Positions 1 through 13,829 are shown, counted from the stretch's first letter. The stretch: DNA of 64,000 bases from Mobula hypostoma (GCF_963921235.1 NC_086108.1:37820001-37884000); one strand, 5' to 3'. Notes: generated by a model from the letters alone, not told the origin. A program made the numbers and translations.

Positions 1-617
1 TGTAATTGTTATATGGTTATATAAGTAAGTCAATCCCATCATAACATTTTAAGTAACGTTTGGATATTAAACACACAGCACATATTTTCCCTGTATGAAT
101 ATATAAAATCATTGCAACACACCAATATCGCTGAATCAGTGGGAGCCCTGGGCTGAATGCTTGTTTCCCTGCAACCAGATGGTCCCATCGAGGGGTGATG
201 GGAGACAGCGATACTCGAATGGGGTTCCTTATGTCCAGTCCATTACGCAATTTGGTTTTCGTTTCATTCATTGCAGAGATATGTTGGAAATGGAAGCAAC
301 GTTTTCAGTGCTTTCGTGGCTATCTCAGGATATTTAGCCTTGACTTTGATCCGAAATGCCAGCAGAGATGTTATGTCAAACATACTTTTCAGCCCGTCGT
401 CATTCGCAAGCTCGAGGAGTTGATCCTCTTCCCACGCTGACATGGATGACGCGCGGGTAATAACCCCGCATGCGTAATGGCTCAACAGTGGGCATGACAA
501 GGAATGAGGAAAGGTGCAGCTGACTCCTATCGCCAAATCATATCGTTTCCCCGCGGCCCGGTAGCACATGCTTTGCGGCCCGGTACCGGTCCATAGCCCA
601 GTGGTTGGGGACCGCTG
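1..617 (-). mobile_element. hAT Charlie3/MER1-like deleted DNA transposon (cut by the window edge)
   Basis: TIR ggttggggaccgctg ends at 617. Minus-strand hATC dimerization remnant ...YPEIATKALKTLLPFPTYLC...RVSLSPITPRWDHLVAGKQA. Confidence 0.85.
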
Positions 618-1770
618 ATCTAACCAGAGTTTTATAGAGCTGCAATATTATCTTGCAGTTCTTGAATTCAATCCCCTGCCTACTGAAGGCCAACACACCA
701 TGTCTTCTTAACAACCGTATTAGCTTAATAACAAAAAACAATGCTCAATATCCCCTCTTAAAAAAAAGAAAGGTCAAGAGAAGTTAAATAAAGCATTCAA
801 TCAATGGAAAAGGCAATAACATCGTTGGAAAAGTACAATGAGCCATGGAAAAACCTCATAACAGCAGAAGACCAAGGTATTGATAAGTAGAGGAGCAGTA
901 GAATACAAAAGTGAGTTTAGGAGAACATGAAAAGAACATTTAAAAGAAAAAGATTTGTTATTTAATGTAGGAGTACTTATATTTTGAATAAGGAAATTAC
1001 AGCAAAATTAAATAAACATTGTAAAAGGCACAAAAATCTTTCAGAAATAATGCAAATATACTTAATATTTCAGAAATAAAGGAGAGAGAAATTAAGGAAC
1101 TCAGACTAGTTAGCCTAATGTCAGAAATAGGAAATACACTGGATTCTATCATTTTGTAAGTAATAATAGAACACTGGGAAACCAGTTGGATGAAGACAAT
1201 ATGGATTTATGTTTGTCAAATCTGCTGGAATTTCTTCAGCAAAGTGCAAGAGGAGACCAGCACTGAAAATGTTTTATTCCAATTATATGGAGCCCTATTA
1301 AGACCATATCTGCAATGATGTGTGCAAATATGCTCTCCCTGGCTAACAAAGAATATATTTTAGATATAGGAAGTACATTAAAGGTGCACTATTTATTCCT
1401 GTGATGGGAGCTCAGTGTCTGAGCAGATATTAAACAGATTAGGCCTATACAAAAGAAAGAGCAGCGATATCACTAAAATTCAAAACCAATGTTCAACAGG
1501 GAGTTGCCAAGTTGATGTTTGCTTGTACTGTAAATCTGTTAATGTCTAGAACTGGAGTCATAATGCCAAATAACGTGTTGGCCATTAACATATTCTTTAT
1601 TTCTCTAAGACAATTGTGGAAGCTCATTAGCTGAGCATATTCAAATCAGAGATTAATAGACTTCTGGACATTAATGAACCCAGAAATATGGAGTTAGTGC
1701 AAGAAAATGTCACAAAAGACAACAAATTACGGTAATTGTAAGGTGCTGAAAAACCTACTCCTGCTTCTGT
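618..1770. mobile_element. Old CR1 LINE fragments (minus 618-725; plus ~730-1770)
   Basis: IILQLYKTLVR-type CR1 C-terminal motif plus degraded RT and 3' tail sequence. Confidence 0.6.
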
Positions 1771-3110
1771 CACTTTGCTGGGATGACTCAAAATTGAAGA
1801 TGTACATAATGAATAGATAAGTTTTGTCAGGTCCTGTGGCCCGAAGTGAGCAAATATCAGGATGATTGTCTGTTAAAAGTGCCTTGTTATCCAGTTCCTG
1901 CAAAAATTAAGATATCTGCTGGGAGCTGCTGGACTGCCTCGTGCCTTCCTGCCAGGGGAAAGCAAATTCTGCTAAATCCACATCAACAGCCTTTTGGGAA
2001 TAATTCTGGTTATTGGTGGGCAGCAGTAGAATGGACCTCACCAATCCTCAAATCATTGAAGACATTGATTGAGTGTATTTTAGTTTCTCTAAGATCCTTT
2101 TCCAAATACTTTGGGATTTGGTTGATATTGACCCTTCCAGACAACCCTATTGATCATTCTCAAGCAGATTTTCAGCAGAATGGTTTTGGGTTGGGGAAAG
2201 AAGGTATTTTCTGAAAGCTTTAATGTAATTCTACTGCTCCCAATATAATTATTTTTATCCCACCCAAAGTTTGCTTCTGTTCAGCCAAATTTTGAAGCAC
2301 ATGTTGGAATGGACAAACAATGATAATGTGGATTAAAATGATCAGTAATAAACGATGCTTATAAAAAGCTGTAAAAAGATTGGCCAATGTTAAAAACTTA
2401 TAAAAACTCTTAAATAGTCATAGTCATACTTTATTGATCCCCGGGGAAATTGGTTCTGACATGCCTCTGATATTGAGAAACATTCAAAGACACAGAAAAC
2501 TTGAAGTCACAAAAATATATTTTCAAAAAAAATAAGTCAAATATAATTAATGTGACTCAATTAATATTTAAATAAACTTAATCAATAAAAATGTATTAAA
2601 TAACACTTTCCTACTTTGTTCACAGCAGTTTCACCCATGGAAATCAAAGGACTTGGCACGCATTTGTCAAGTTTGCTGCAGAAGTCCTGAGCAAAATGGC
2701 TAAGTTGCTATTCCCCCGTAGGTCTCTATAAGGAGTCCAGCACTGGAAAGCAGTCCACCACCAGCAGACAGATGGCTACAATTCTATATCTCCATTCACT
2801 CAGGAATCACAAACTTATAATGGCTATGCAGGGAAATGTCAAACTTTCCTAACCAGATCTAGACTATTACATTACATATTTTCCAGTTTGAATAAATAAA
2901 TTCTCTTCATTTCCAGGATACCTCTGTTCCTATTTTTCATTATGTGTCTTTTACTTCTTTTCACCATACTTTACCACAACTACTTTATTAGCAAAAACAA
3001 TCTTCATTGCCCAATTGAGTTAAAGTATAATACTCTATTGGTTATAACTGCATGCATTTCACCAAATCAAACTTCTATGATTACTTCATTAAATGACAAT
3101 TAATCACTTA

Positions 3111-3248
<138 letters not shown>

Positions 3249-4039
3249 TTAGGGCAGTAAAATACAAAAGTTAACATTCTCTGGATATCTCATAAATCAA
3301 TCTGCATCAGAGACTACTAGAATTATGTAAATCATTGCTATGTTAAGATTGCTGTAAAATTATTGACATAGTCTTTGAACAATACCAATTAAGCAATGAC
3401 ATGATGGGACATCATAATAATTATGACGATAATTTCCCTAATTATGAACAATCGGTATTTCTTCCCATTATTCTTCTCACAAAAAATGTCTGCCAAGAAC
3501 TCTATTTTGCAGATTTATTTATTTCTTTAGGAATATAACAGGAGTGATGTTTAGAATTGCTGACATTTTTCACATTTGCATTATTCAACAGTCGACTAAT
3601 TAGCAATCTTCAAAATGCTTACAAGTCCCAGCGCATCTATCAGCAGCTATAAATAGCATAGAGTTGTAGGCTAGGGAATCTCAAGGAAATTTGAGACAGA
3701 GCTGTTAAAGATTCAAGAGAATTCAAATGTGTTTACTTTTAATTTTTGGGTTTTGATATTGTTCCTAAAGAGGAAAGAATTGACACAAGTTAGTGTTGTG
3801 TAGAGTTAAACTCTAAGAACAGCTATGGGTGAATCACTGTAAGCGTTGGACTTTGTTTGCGTGCCATAAATGGACTACAGATGGAAGCTACAAATAATCC
3901 TATCCCGGCCACAAAGTATTGGGCAGCTTGGGGGGCCAGTAGAGGTACCCTCAGCAAAACCTAGGGCAAACAGCAGCTATCTTAATTCAACACTCGCTCC
4001 AGAAAAAATTTCCAGACTTTTCAAAATCAATTTTTGAAC

Positions 4040-4715
4040 TTCTCCATTGTCATTTGTGGATGATACTACAATAGGTCATATTGTAGACAGTGATCAGTTA
4101 GGTAATTGAGCCAAGGATTGGCAAAAGGCTTTCAATGTTGATATATCATTAAAAGGTAAAAAATGCAGAGAAGGTTTATGAGGATGCTGCCGGTATATCA
4201 GGCCCCTAGTTACAGTGAGATATTAAGGACTTTCCAGGACTTCCTCCCTTGGAACATAAGAAGTTGAGAGGTGACTTTCTAGAGATATATAAAATCGTAC
4301 AGGGTATAGATAGGGGGAATGTACATGGTCATTTTTCTCTCCGGAAGGGGGACTATAAACTAGAAGGCATAGGTTTCATTTGAGAGCTAAAATATTTAAA
4401 ATAGACCTGAGGGACAACATCTTCACTCAGTGAGTGGTGCATATATGGAATGAACCACCATAAAAAGTGGTTGAGGCTGGTACATAAACAATATTCAACT
4501 AAGTTCACGAGTAGGAATGTGTTAGAGCAGGAGCTCCCCAACTTTTTATGCCATGGACTCCTACCATTAACTGAGGGGTCCGTGGAACCCTGGTTGGGAA
4601 CCCCTATTTTAGAGGTATATGGGTCACATGGGACTAGCTTGGTGGATACTATGTTCAACATGGGTGAGTTTGGCTGAAGGGCTATTTCCATGCTGTGTTA
4701 CTCTATATAACTCTA
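4040..4715 (+). mobile_element. CR1 LINE 3' fragment
   Basis: FVDDT-like RT motif, RGD..E.YKI and FFTQ motifs, and a tandem 3' tail. Confidence 0.8.
4528..4606. mobile_element. ~80-bp hAT MITE inserted in CR1
   Basis: TIRs caggagctcccaac / gttgggaaccccta. 8-bp TSD tgttagag/ttttagag. Confidence 0.75.
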
Positions 4716-4920
4716 CGACTCTATTGGATAACATTGCTAAGGAGCGTGCACACCCTCTTTGATCAGGCAACATCCTAACTGGTAATTGGCTTCCATGGCA
4801 CATCTTGTGACCCTAATGTACACTTTGAAAGAATCTACCACTTGAAGTATGCGAACTGGATCTGTCATGTTGGATGAAGGAACTTTCCTTTAAGTCATTA
4901 CCCAAATCCCAGGGTATTAA

Positions 4921-6420
4921 AGAACATAGAACATAGAACAGTGCACCACAGTACAGGCCCTTTGGCCCATGATGCTGTGACAACTGTTTAACCTACTTTA
5001 ACATAAACTTAATGCTCCATTCCTACTTAGGCACAAGAATGAGAGAAAAATGGAGGGCTATCTAAGAGTCTATTAAATGTCCATGATGTATCTGCATGTA
5101 CCACCACCCTGTTAGTGTGTTCTTGCACTTACCACTCTCCGGGTAAAATATCTTATCTGCCATCTCCCCCCACACTTTCCTCCAAACAGCATTAAGGTAT
5201 GACCCCTTGTATTAGCTATAACTGCCTTGGGAGAAAGTCTCTGCCTGCTGAGTCTATTTATGCCTCTTATTATTATGTAAACCTCTATCAAGTCACCTCT
5301 CATTCTCCTGCGCTCCAGAGAGAAGAGTTCTAGCTCACTCAACCTATCCTTGTAAAACATGCTCTCTAATCCAGGAAGCATCCTGGTAAATGTCCTCTGC
5401 ACTCTCTCTGAAGTTTCTACATCCTTCCTATAATGAGGTGACCAGAACTGAACAGAATACTTCAAGCATAGTCTAGCTAGATGTTTATAGAGCTGCAATG
5501 TTACTTCACCATTTTGAACTTGATTCCCTGACTAATAAAGGCCAACACACCATATGCCTTCTTAACCACTCTATCTACTTACACTGCAACTTTGAGGGAG
5601 CTCTGGATGTGTACTCCAAGATCCCACTGCTCCTAAACGCTGTTAAGATTTCTATCATTAACCCTGCATTCTGTCTTCAAATTTGAGAAACTGAAGTGAA
5701 TCATTTCGCACTTCTCTGAGTTGAAATCCATCTGCTACTTCTCAGCCCAGCTCTGCATCCCATCAGTGTCCTGATGCAACCTATGACAACCTTCTACACT
5801 ATCCACAATTCCATTTGCAAACTTACTGATCCACCCTTCCACTTCCTCTTCCAAGTCACATTTATAAAAATCACGAAGAACAGGGATACCAGAACAGATC
5901 CCTGTGGAGAACCATTGGTCACCGACACTGAAGCAGAATATGCTCCATCTATAACCACCTTCCGTCTTTTGTGGGCAAGCCAATTCTGAATCCATGCAGC
6001 CAAGTTACCCTGGATCCCATGCTTCCTGACTTTCTGAATGAGCCGACCATGGGGATCTTTGTCAAACGTCTTAGTAAAGTCCATATACATCACGTCCATT
6101 GCTTTGCCTTCATCAATTTGCTTTGTTACTTCTTCAAAGAACTCAATCAGGCTCATGAGGCACAACCTGCCGCCCACAAAGCCATTCTGACTACCTCCAA
6201 TCAGACTGTTTCCAAATGCTCATAAAACCCACCTCTAAGAGGCCTCAACAATTGTTTACCCATCACTAACTGAAGTCTCACTGCTCTATAATTCCCATGG
6301 TTATCCTTATTTCATTTCTTGAACAAAGAAATAATATTACCATTTTCCAATCTTCTAGAACTAGTCCTGTGGCCGATGAGGATGCAAAGGTCATCACCAA
6401 AAGTATAGTATTGCCTCCCT
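4921..6420 (-). mobile_element. CR1 LINE, 5'-truncated, decayed RT
   Basis: ORFs with YMDFTKTFDK, PQGSVL and VQFWSPHYRKDVE; agaacat-repeat tail. Confidence 0.92.
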
Positions 6421-9029
6421 CACATCAATAATTCATTTGTATTCGGTGAAGCCACTGGAACCTCCCCCCAGTTAGCTTTACCATTAGATAGACTGTGCTA
6501 CCTTTGGATTTTATTTTCTGCAGATATTATTAAAGCTAGAAGGAAATCTGAAAAATAGCAATTTTCTGCTTATTTTAGCAAGTGATACAAAGGATATACG
6601 TGTCCTTTATAGCTGAATAACCTAAATAATAACAGAGAATAAATACTAATTTGTGGAAAACCAAGGGTAGTAGTCAATAATCAAAATCTTGCCAAATCAA
6701 AAACTAAGAAATTTATCTTTTTGAAGTTTGTTTAGTAATACTGTATGACTTACTTTAATGTTCTATTTAAAATTAGAAAAATAAAATTCAGAACACAAAT
6801 GGTATGTGGTGGGGGTGGGGTTGTGGGTAAATCCTTTGGAGTTGCTGTCACTTCACTTCTCAGGAATTGAGAGCAGTACGTACCATTTGTTAATTTACAT
6901 TTGATGTGCCAAACACAAATTTATTTATCTGGATAGAATGGGGTTGTCTGTGTGACTGAACAGCTTATGCAAAAGAGATTGACACAAAATCACTTCAGAA
7001 AGCTTAGTCTTTTGTTGCTTGGAATAATAGCCCGTGGCCTAGATTTCAACAATTTTATTATGCCATTTGCTGCCAGCCTCTGGAATAGAAGGCAAACCAT
7101 GAGATTAACAAAAAGAAAAGTAGGTTCTGTGCACCAGAGTTCCCTTAGAGACATCGAGATGTGACTAGCAGCAGAAAGATTTCAAAAAAAGCAAGTGGGG
7201 CAGTCAAGACATTCTGTGCACCACAGATCCCTTGGAGATGTTGGATTGTGCATAATTAAGCATTTGGCAGGGGCCAATAAAAAGACGTTATGTTTAAGCA
7301 TTGTGGTTATTGTGTGGGTGTGCCAGTGTTAGAGTGTGAGTTGAAGCTTTGGCTCATAGAGGCTTCGGTGAGGAAAGACAGAGGCTGTAGGAAGATATTT
7401 TGTCATTTAATTCTCATTCTTTCTTATTGCACAGTTAGAACAATAGGGATGCCAGAAAGGAGAGTGGCGGGATGTAGGAAGACTGCCAGTGTCATTGATG
7501 ACTACACCTGCAGGAAGTGCTTCCTGCAGCACCTTTTCGAAGACCTTTGAGGAATTGGAGCTGGAGCTGGATGGAATCCAGTTCATTCAGGAGGCTGAGT
7601 GATTGATGGATAGGTGATACAGAGAGGTAGTCACACTCAAGGCACAGGACACAGGTAACTGTCAGGAGGAGGAAAGAGGATAGACAGCTAGTGCAGAATA
7701 CCACTGTGGCCATTTCTCTCAACAACTGGTAGCCCACTTTGGATTCTGTTGGGGAGAATGACAGGAACTGGATACTGATTGTGGATGATCAGCCATGATC
7801 ACAGTGAATGGCGGTGCTGGCTCGAAGGGCCAAATGGACTACTCCTGCACCTATTGTCTAATGACCTAGCAGGGAAAGCCACAGCAGTCAGGTCTCTGGC
7901 ACTGAGTCTGGCTCTGTGGCTCTAAAGGGAAGGGGGGAGAAGAGGCGAGCTGTGTGATAGGAGCTTTTTAGTTAGGGGAACAGTTAGGAGGTTCCGTGGA
8001 TGAGAACAAAATACTGAGATAATACATTGCCTCGTGGATACCAGGGTCAGTGACATCCCAGATTGAGTCTGCAGCATTCTTAAGCGGGACTGTGAGCAGC
8101 CAGAAGTTGCAATCCACGTCAGTACCAGTGACATGACTAGGAGTGGTGATGAAGTCCTGAAAAGTGAGTTCAGGGAGTTATGTGCTAAGTTAAAGGATAG
8201 GAATTCTAGGGTTGTAATTTCAGGATTGCTACCCATGTTACATGATAGTGAGGGCAGAAATAGGAAGATCGGACAATTTTAACACGTGGCTAAGGAGAAG
8301 GTGCAGAAGGGAGGGCTTCAGATTTTTGGATTATTAAGCTCTCTTCCAGTGAACATGGGACAGACAGAACAGTGTGTATGTGAACTGGAGGAGGACTAAT
8401 ATCCTTGTGGGAAGATTTAATAGTGCTACAAGGGGTGGGGGGTTGGGTTTAAACTGGAGTTGCAGAGGGGAGGGAACTCGAGTGTCAGAGCAGATAGTGG
8501 AATAGTTTTGTGGAAAGTTGTTGTTAAGCTGACATACAAAGTCAGAAATAGAAAGGTTGAGTATGGTGGGACTAATGTTCTGAGTTGTGTATATTTCCAT
8601 GCAAAGAGCATTGTAGGAAAGGCCAATCAGCTCAGGGCATTAGGGAAAGGCTCGGGGAAAATATCACAGCAGTGGTCAGTGCTTGTCTACGGAGGCTATA
8701 TCAGTGGAACTGAGGAATAAGAAAGAGATGACCATGTTAATGATATTATACATCACCCAACAGTCAGCGGGATTTTGAGGAGCAAATTTAGACTGAGATT
8801 GCAGATGGTTGCAAGAAACGTAAGGTTGTGATAGTAAGTGATTTTTAACTTTCATATTGACTGGGACTCCCATACAATAAAAGGGATAGATGGGATAGAG
8901 TTTGTCAAATGTGTTCAGGAAAGATTCCTAAATCAATACATAGAAGTCCCAATGAGCGAATGAAAGTGTGATACTAGATCTCCTACCAGGAAATGAGACA
9001 GGCCAGGTGACAAAATTGGTGCAGGTGAA

Positions 9030-9216
9030 CTTCAGTTGTTTGATTGCTTTTGTTGTTTGCAAAATTTGTTATTTTTTCTGCACATTGGGTTTACCGGTCT
9101 TTTTTTAATGGACTCCATTGGGTCTGTTTCTTTTGTGACTGCCTGTAAGAAGGCGAATCTCAAGGTTGTATGCTTGATAAAAAATGTAATTTGAACTTTG
9201 AATGTACTTTGAATAA
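9030..9216 (+). mobile_element. Rex1/Babar-type LINE 3' tail inserted in CR1
   Basis: gcctgtaagaaggcgaatctcaaggttgta...tttgaactttga tail shared with the copies at 56.7 kb and 60.4 kb. Confidence 0.65.
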
Positions 9217-10174
9217 AAGGCAAAGATAACAGATTTATGGAACCTTGGTATTTGAGAGATATTGAGGTCCTGGTTAGGAAGGAGGACTTGCAAAGCAGGC
9301 ATAGGCAGGAAGGATCAAATGAGGTAGTTGAGGAGTATAAGAAGTGCAAGATAACACTTAAATAGAGAAATCAGGAGTGCTAAAGAAGGCAGGAGACAAG
9401 GTGAAGAAGTATGCCAAGGGCTTTTACAGATATATTAAGAGCAAAAGGATAGAAAGGACAAAATTTCTCTCCTTACAGTTCAGGGTGGTCATCTACGCAT
9501 GGAGCCGAAAGAGATGGTGGAGATCTTAAATGGATTTTTACTTGCGAGACGGACCTGAGTCTAAGGAGTGAGGTAAAGCAGCTGTAAGGTCATGGACTAC
9601 ATAGAGATTACAGAGAAGGAGGTGTTTGCTGCCATGAGGCGTATTAGAGTGGATAGACCCCCAGGGTCTTGGGACATGTGGGAGGTGAGTGTAGAAATTG
9701 CAGGGAACCTAGCAGAGATACTTAAAAAACACCCTTACCCATGGGTAAGATGCCAAAGAATTGGAAGATAGTTAGTGTTGTTCCATTGTTTAAGAAAAGC
9801 TCTAAGAATAAGCTGGAAAATTATAGGCCAGTGTGTCTGACACTAGTAGAGGGTAAGTCATTGGAAGTTAGTCAAAGGGACTGCATACATAAGTATTTGG
9901 ATAGACAGGGACTGATTATGGATAGTCAGCACAGCTTTGTGCTTGATTGGTTGTGTCTAACCAATCTTATAGTGTTTTTCTGAGGAAGTTATCAGGAAAA
10001 TTGATGAAGGCAAGGCAGCAGATGTTGCCTACATGGACTTTAGTAAGGCAGTTGACAAGGTCTCTCGCATGGGAGGTTGGTCAAGAAGGTAAAATCGCTT
10101 GCCAGAACTACACCCTCACAGCAAGAACAGTCAGGGTCCCTCAACATTACTATAGTGGATACTTTAAAAACAAT

Positions 10175-10650
10175 GCAAAGGAGACGTACAAGGATGTTGC
10201 CTGGATTGGGGAGCATGCCTTATGAGAATAGGTTGAGTGAACTTGGCCCTTTCTCCTTGGAGTGACGGAGGATGATAGGTGATCTGATAGGGGCGTATAA
10301 GATGATGTGAGTTATTGATTGTGTGGATAGCCAGAGGATTTTACCCAGGGCTGAAATAGCTAACACAAGGGGCATAGTTTTAAGGTGCTTGGAAGCAGGT
10401 ACAGAGGGGGTGTCAGGGTAAGTTTTTCACACAGAGAGTGGTGGGTGCATGGAATGCACTGCCGGCAATGGTGGTGGAGGCGGATACAATAGGATCTTTT
10501 AAGAGACTCTTAGATAGGTACATGAGGCATAGAAAAATAGGAGACTGAGCTGTAGGGTAATTCTAGGCAGCTTCTAGAGGAGGTTACATTGTTGGCACAA
10601 CATTGTGGGCCGAAAGGCCTGTAAGGTGCTGTAGATTTCTATGATTCTAT
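10175..10650 (+). mobile_element. Second CR1 3' end nested in the 7.1-11.7 kb CR1
   Basis: QRR.TRMLPGL through a ttctatg tail. The host RT resumes at ~10651. Confidence 0.8.
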
Positions 10651-12840
10651 GATAAGGTGGTAAATTGGATTGCACATTGGCTTCACAGCGGAAGCCAGGG
10701 TTTGGCAGCAGATGGTTGCTCCTCTGACTGAAGGCCTGTGACGAGTGGTATGCTGCAGGGACCGGTGCTCGGACCATTGTTGTTTGTCATCCATATCAAT
10801 CATCTTGGTGATAATGTAATAAACTGAATCAGCAAATTTGTGGACGATATCAAAATTGGGGGTCTAGTGGACAGTAAGGAAAGCTATCCAAGCTTGCAGC
10901 GGGATCTGGGCCAGCTGGAAAATTGGCCTGAAAAGTGGAAGATGGAATTTAACCAGCCAAGTGTGAGGTGTTGCACTTTGGGAGGACAAACCAGGTCGGA
11001 CTTACATCGTGACTGGTAGGGCACTAAGAACTGCGCTAGAACAGAGGAATCTAGAAATACAAATCTATAACTTCTTGAAAGTGGCATCACAAGTAGACAG
11101 GGTCATGAAGAAAACTTCTGGCATATTGGTCTTCATAAATCAAGGTACTGAGTACAGGAGTTGGGATGTTATGTTGAAATTGTATAATACGTTGGCAAGA
11201 CCTAATCTGGAGCATTGTGAGCAGTTTTGGTCACCTACCTACAGGAAAGATCTCAATAAGATTGAAAGAGTGCAGAAAAATTTACAAAGAAGTTGACATT
11301 ACTTGAGGACCTGAGTTATAGGAAAAGGTTGAACAGATTAGGATTTCTATTCCCTACATTGTAAAAGACTGAGAGGAGATTTGATAGAGGTATACAAAAT
11401 TATGAGGGGTATAGATAGGGTAAATGCAAGCAGGCATTTTCCACTGACCTAGGGTGAGACTAGGACTGGAGATCATGGGTTAATGGTGAAAAGTGAAATG
11501 TTTAAGGGGAACATGATGGGGAACTTCTTCACTCAAGAGGGTGTGTGAGTGTGGAATGAGCTGCCAGTGGAAGTGGTGGATGCAGGTTCAATTTCAACAT
11601 TTAAGAGAAATTTGGACAGATACAGGGAAGGGAGGGGTATGGAGGGTTATGGTCCAGGTTCAGGTTGATGGGACTAGGCAGACTAATAGTTTAATACAGA
11701 CTAGATGGGCTGAAGAGCCTGGTTCTAAGTTGTAGTGTTCTATGACTCTAGGTTTGATGTTTAATTTTGTGGAAATTTGCAGTAAAGCTTAAGTCAGTGG
11801 ATAAAGCAGCAATGTGGAAGTGGACTGCACTTGAAGATGCTCTCCTAATCCTTGCCCACCATTCATTTCTTAGGTATTTGTACCTGCTGAGGTGGACAGC
11901 TCACTTCCCAATGCACAGGGGTCAGAAACTTGTACTGGAGGAACAGTGATATGTTTTGACAGAAGGTAAAGGAAATCTACAAATATCAAATAATACTATT
12001 TCGTATGGCATATTTTTTCAGTGCAGTAGATGTCTTGGGGAGAATTTCATAAGCCCTTCGATAATATTTTGAGTTTTGCTGGATGCTAGGGGCAGGTATG
12101 GGTGGGTGCAGGAATGTGGTCATATCCAACGTCACAAATCAAACAAATAATCTGAGGCAGAATCAAAAACCTTAGCTCAGATGATAGTTAATAAAATGAG
12201 AGATGAATACAGCAGTTATTGAACACTAAATGCTAAAAGTAAACAAAAAATCGATTAGAAATGGTTTTGTATTACTGAAACGTATATGAGTTTGTAGGGA
12301 TTTTAAAAAATCACAATGTTTATGAATACCTGACAAACTGAATAAAAAAGAGAGTCACCTTCCTGAACTGAATAACCCTATTGTGAAAGACTAATCACAA
12401 ATTCCACATTGCAACCAACTTACATCATGCTGAAAATGTTAGGTGTGGCTTGTTTGCATGTACAGCATTGAGAAGGGGGTTCACTGGAAATGAAAGTACT
12501 TTTCAAAATTAAATGGGTATTTTGATTAATTGAACAATCATATTTGTAGCTTTGATATAACTTAAAAGTGTCTGATCAACTATTTCAAGTGACTTTTAAG
12601 TTTTTTTTTCAAACAGTGCACCAACTTCAGCCCTGAACCATCTCTAGTGTAGATAAAGGTAATTAATATTCTTTCCAATGACACATATACTGCATGGTTG
12701 TCACTCAAAGACAGTGTACTATTTATACTAATATATTAATATGAATTAGCTGCCATGGGAGGTAGAAGATCATCCTTGAATTTTTCCCCTTTTTGGCTTC
12801 CCACATGGAAATTGCAACTGCACAACGTGAATACACTCAC

Positions 12841-12870
12841 TTGTATGAAATCTGAGCTTCAACTGAATAC
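12841..12870 (-). CDS. Candidate 30-nt KCNT2 cassette microexon (K-YSVEAQISY-N)
   Basis: cctttattttcag|G TAT TCA GTT GAA GCT CAG ATT TCA TAC AA|gtgagt. Strong splice sites, phase 2/2, no stop, non-repeat context. Confidence 0.45.
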
Positions 12871-13008
12871 CTGAAAATAAAGGATGCCTTAACACTTTGT
12901 AGTTCTGGTGATTTTTTTAATATTCGCATGATGTGGATGCTATGAACATTTGTCCCACCTTGCATCAGGAATAATAACAGGATCCTGGGGGAAAAAAAAT
13001 GGAATAAT

Positions 13009-13705
13009 CCTCTCGGGAGGGGGGAGAAGATGGCGGCACGACGACAGCGCGCGCGGCCACTTCAGTGATGAATATCTGTTATCTGTCAAGTAGGGGACCG
13101 TGCGCAGTTCTGATTTAATGGAGACAGATGTGAGAGCATAGCGGAACATCTGGAAAACTTCTGAAATGCCTGATTTGCTGCGGCTGCTACTGTGTGGTAA
13201 CCAGAATCTCCAGAGCTGAAGGCCCCAAAATCCTCGGCTTTGTGTGTTTTAGCGGCCGGGGGCAGGTCGAAGGCGCTCGGCAGAGGATGGCACTCAGGAG
13301 GCTCTATCGGAGAGGCTGGTTGGAAGCTCGGAGTTTTCAGACGGATGGACTCAGGGTCGGCTGCTTCCAAGGTATCGGCAAGTTGACAGTGCCTGGAGGT
13401 TTATGGCGGGGAGTTTCTCCCTTTTGCCGCCTGCTATTGGGGACTCGGGAGTCAATCGACTCGGCGACTTTTGAGACTTTATTTTACTGTGCTCGTGGTC
13501 TGTTCTTTATCAAATTATGGTATTGCTTTGCACTGCTGTAACTATATGTTATAATTATGTGGTTCTGTCAGTGTTAGTCTTTGGTCTGTGTTGTTTTCTG
13601 TGATATCACTCCGGAGAAACATTGTATCACTTCTTAATGCATGTATGCATTTCTTAATGACAATAAAAGAGGACTGAGTGTTCTCATAATCTAATCTAAT
13701 CTAAT
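13009..13705 (+). mobile_element. Young non-autonomous retroelement (SINE-like) with a YY1-type 5' motif and (TAATC)n tail
   Basis: CpG-rich head with AAGATGGCGGC, Rex-like 3' UTR, AATAAA then a taatc tandem tail. Possible TSD aataat. Confidence 0.6.
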
Positions 13706-13829
13706 AATATAGTCAGGCACAGCATGAGCTAAGCCAAGAGTTGAGGTTTCTTCACAACTTATAGTCTTGAATAACCAGATTTCCTAATTTAAAGATTTTC
13801 TTTATCTACTCCAGTGATTATGTGTAACA

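Larger units (their letters stand above)
7125..11750 (+). mobile_element. Near full-length decayed CR1 (5'UTR, ORF1 esterase, endonuclease, RT) with nested insertions
   Basis: ORF1 SGNH-like and endonuclease remnants, NYRPVCLT, FVDD and FWSPTYRKD motifs, 3' tail; many stops. Confidence 0.9.

Noticed and set aside
6883-7079. Strong pyrimidine acceptor at 7080 with a G|gtacgt donor near 6883
   Set aside because: Stop after 6 codons and adjacent to a CR1 5' end; cannot be distinguished from a pseudo-exon.
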